Positions 60,834-64,000 of a DNA stretch of 64,000 nt are shown in pieces (position 1 is the stretch's first letter; every line of letters starts with the position of its first letter). The DNA comes from Lingula anatina (Eukaryota; Animalia; Brachiopoda): contig CM120645.1 in NCBI GenBank assembly GCA_051362555.1, positions 15,314,001 through 15,378,000 of the forward strand, in the 5' to 3' direction. The translations under genes were made by a program, and so were the position numbers. The notes beneath the pieces were generated by a model that worked only from the letters and a program-made list of their open reading frames with translations, was not told the DNA's origin and searched no databases.

Positions 60834-60870
60834 AACTCAAAGATTAAAAGTTTGAATATATATAAACTTA
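60620..60870. repeat. Two (TA)n tracts with duplicated and inverted flanks
   Basis: tcaaacttttaatctttgagtttga precedes both tracts, and its reverse complement follows the second. Confidence 0.9.
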
Positions 60871-61804
60871 TTTGCAATATTAAACAAAATTTACCTGCAT
60901 AATAATCACTGATTCCTTATTATTAATCTAGCAGAGAGCTTTATCTTTGGGAGTTTACAGGGAAATATCAACAAGTGTGCTTTATGTAATCTCATTTAAT
61001 GGCCTATCAATTAGGCAAATTACTTTATAACACTGAAATTAGCTAAGTGATACTCAAGGGAAATTTACAGACTAACCCTCTCAAAGGTCTTTCAGGCCCA
61101 TAAGTCACAACTTAAGAAAAGCACAAAACAATAATGCACAAAATAGGAGACTACCAATTCTGATGCAATAATACATTATGTTTAACTGCACAGTCAACAT
61201 TAAATTTTAATCTTGCACAACAGGTAACACCGACGAAAGTAAAAGCATAAGGCTTCAGGCCCATCAGAGTTTATGCTTAGAAAGTGCCAGAATGAGTAAA
61301 ATGAAAATTTCACACAAAATTGCATAAAATTCAATAATAAATGATAACCCAATTGACCTGGCTTTCTAATTTGAACTACATGCCAATCCTAAAAATCATA
61401 CTAATAAGTTAAATATAATAATAAACACAGTTTTCTTTTCATAATGTTTGCAGTAGCAGTGCAAAAAGATTATTGTCAATTTTGATGTAACATTACATAA
61501 TAAATTATAGAATAATTATCACCAATTTTTGATTATTGACTATAAATAGCATGGACATGTAGAAAATTTGATTACCATACGGCTTCATGTCCATGGGAGC
61601 TCCGAGTCCCACAATGAAAATGCCAAAAAGATAATGAATATTTCACTAAAATGTATAACTTCCAGAAAAAGAAGCCAATTAGACTGCTTTTCCAACTCGG
61701 GCTACATTTTAGTCATGTGTTTCTTTTTTGAAAGTTTGACAATCATAAGAAACACGGTTTTCCCATAATGATCATGGCAGCAGCACCAAAAATTGTGTTT
61801 TCTT

Positions 61805-62630
61805 CTATTTTGATGCAACATTACATAATGCTTAACAGCATAATGACCATCAATTTTTAATAATAAAATATACGTGTCATGGATTTTCAGAAAATGTGAC
61901 TAGTATGGGTCTTCAAGCCCGTGGAGGTTCTAAGTTGCACCTTGAAATTGCCAATAAGTGAAAAATTAAATTTTCACAAAAAACTGTTAAATTGCCAGAA
62001 AAATTTACCAAACAGACTGCATTGCCTACTGAAGCTGTATGTTAGACCCATGTTTCTTTCCTGTAAGTTTGAGAACACAAGTGACAAGATTTCCCTTAAA
62101 TGGTCATCATAGGAGCAGTGCCCTAAATAGGGGTTTCTTCAAATTTTGATGCAGCGTTACATAATGTTTAACAGCATAATAACCATCAAATGTTATTAAT
62201 AAAATATTAGTAACATGGACATTCAGAAAATGTGACAAGCAAAGGTCTTCAGGATCATGGAACTTCAAAGTCACACCTTGAAAATGCCAACATGTGAAAA
62301 ATTAAATTTTCACAAAAAACTGTTTAACTGCCACAAAAAATTAGCAAACAGACTGCATTGCCTACTGAAGCTATATTTTAGTCCCATGTTTCTTTACTGT
62401 AAGTTTGAAAACAGTAAGTGACATGATTTTCCTTAAATGGTCATCATGGGAGCAGTGCCCAAAATAGGGGTTTCTTCAAATTTTGATACAATATTACATA
62501 ATGTTTAACAGCATAATGACCATCAATTTTTAATTATAAAATATTAGTATCACGGATATTCAGAAAATGTGACTAGCAAAGGTCTTCAGGCCCATGGAAA
62601 TTCAAAGTCACATCTTGAAAATGCCAAAAT
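61805..62630. repeat. Diverged ~340-bp tandem repeats inside the HINE
   Basis: tttgatgcaacattacataatg..cagcataatgaccatc recurs at ~61810, 62145 and 62482. Confidence 0.8.
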
Positions 62631-63049
62631 GTAAACAAGACAGCACTGTTCTGAAATGGGTTTATTTCCATTTTTAACACTTTTTTAACATAAAAAAAAA
62701 TAAACATTTTACTGCCATTTTTATATGACCAACTAAGAAAATTGATGAGATAGGAAAAGTATCAATAGAACAGTGTTAAATGTCCAATTTCCTCCATTCT
62801 GAGATTCTGAACATAGTGGATGTTTGAATCTGACAAACTGCAATGATATGAGTTTATTTCCATTTTTGACACTTTATTACACAATACATGATAACAAGTT
62901 TACCATGTTTTTTACATAATCAACTAACAATGTTGTAAAGATGCAGGAAATGTCAAACAAACACTTTTACACATCTTATTAGTTCAATAATGAGACTGTT
63001 AACATGCCTGATAATTGAATCTGAGGAAATGTGAAAAAACAGTATAACT

Positions 63050-63655
63050 TCTAAAATAATGGCCCGATTATGCTGATTTTCGAACTCAACCTACATTTTA
63101 GTAAGATTGACCGCTCCTGTGAGTATAATGACAATTGGCCAATCCGTTTTTCTTATATTGTGTTATCAGTGTTGCATTTATATTGAAAAAAAAGTGAAAA
63201 AACAGCATAAATTCCCTAAAAATGGCCCAATCATGCTGATTTTCGAACTTGACCTGCGTATTATGAATATTCATCAGTTCTGTAAGTTTCAAGCCAAAAG
63301 GTAAAATGGATTTCCACTTCTCGTGTTATCGGTGCTGCATATATGCTGAAAAAAGTGAAAAAACTGCATAAATTCCCTAAAAATGGCCCGATCATGCTGA
63401 TTTTCGAACTTGACCTGCGTATTATGAATATTCATCAGTTCTGTAAGTTTCAAGTCAAAAGGTAAAATGGTTTTCCACTTATCGTGTTATCGGTGCTGCA
63501 TATATGCTGAAAAAAGTGAAAAACAGCATAAATTCCCTAAAAGTGACCTGATCATGCTGATTTTCGAACTTGACCTGCGTATTATGAATATTCATCAGTT
63601 CTGCAAGTTTCAAGTCAAAAGGTAAAATGGTTTTCCACTTATCGTGTTATCGGTA
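63050..63655 (-). repeat. ~160-bp core tandem repeats (about 3.5 units)
   Basis: ttttcgaacttgacctgcgtattatgaatattcatcagttctg at 63240, 63401 and 63561. Confidence 0.93.
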
Positions 63656-64000
63656 AAAGTGCACGGCGACGGCAGACGCAGATGATGGCTATATGTACAG
63701 ACACATCTGTGTCTGTACATAAAAATCAGACTTATTTTTTCGGGCCTATTGTTTTACAAATGGATAGATCTATATCAAAACTGAAGAAAATAAAAATCTA
63801 AGCCCAGGAAAAAGCTTTAATTCTGTTGCTTTAGTGTTCAAGAAAGGCCCACACTGTAGACCTATTATACTCCCCCCTCCCCACTTAAAAAGTTAAATTC
63901 AACTTTTAAGCTTTATCATGAGTGGTGGCAATATCATGAGTGGTGGCAAAAGCTCAAATTTTTGTAGTAAGTTTGAAGACAAAAGGTCAAACAATTGCCT

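Larger units (their letters stand above)
59897..63720 (-). mobile_element. Family-A HINE (~3.8 kb) inserted in an MCM10 intron
   Basis: Empty site tgtgaaaaaaaatcagac at 47487-47502 in the duplicate. Insertion is in an A/T run without a clear TSD, and both termini are intact. Confidence 0.88.

Noticed and set aside
60439-60847. YIYI-repeat ORFs
   Set aside because: Translations of (TA)n microsatellites.
63050-63655. CRISPR-like array
   Set aside because: Contiguous ~160-bp tandem units without unique spacers, in a eukaryotic context with no cas genes.

Overview
AT-rich eukaryotic (metazoan, probably lophotrochozoan-type invertebrate; taxon is an inference) genomic DNA. The backbone is a tandem array of four intact BTB-BACK-Kelch (KLHL-like) genes on the + strand, each with its CDS in a single exon. 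They are interleaved with duplicated 3' portions of MCM10 on the - strand: one copy probably belongs to the functional gene running off the right edge, one is a 5'-truncated near-identical duplicate exactly 12,400 bp upstream, and one is an orphan disabled exon. The rest is transposon-dense: a truncated Penelope element, a full-length and very recent BEL/Pao LTR retrotransposon, an LTR-less Gypsy internal fragment, a 5'-truncated L2/CR1 LINE, several helentron-like (HINE/DINE-1-type) elements with ~160-bp core repeats, and many MITEs. Most notable: (1) the BEL element has no tRNA primer-binding site, and that position is instead complementary to its own LTR (candidate Tf1-like self-priming); (2) the Kelch array varies most in predicted substrate-binding loops, is mosaic, and each CDS starts just after a splice acceptor with no obvious private promoter for at least one copy; (3) Gypsy gag and pol are in frame across a single UAG (candidate readthrough). 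All identities quoted are by-eye estimates.
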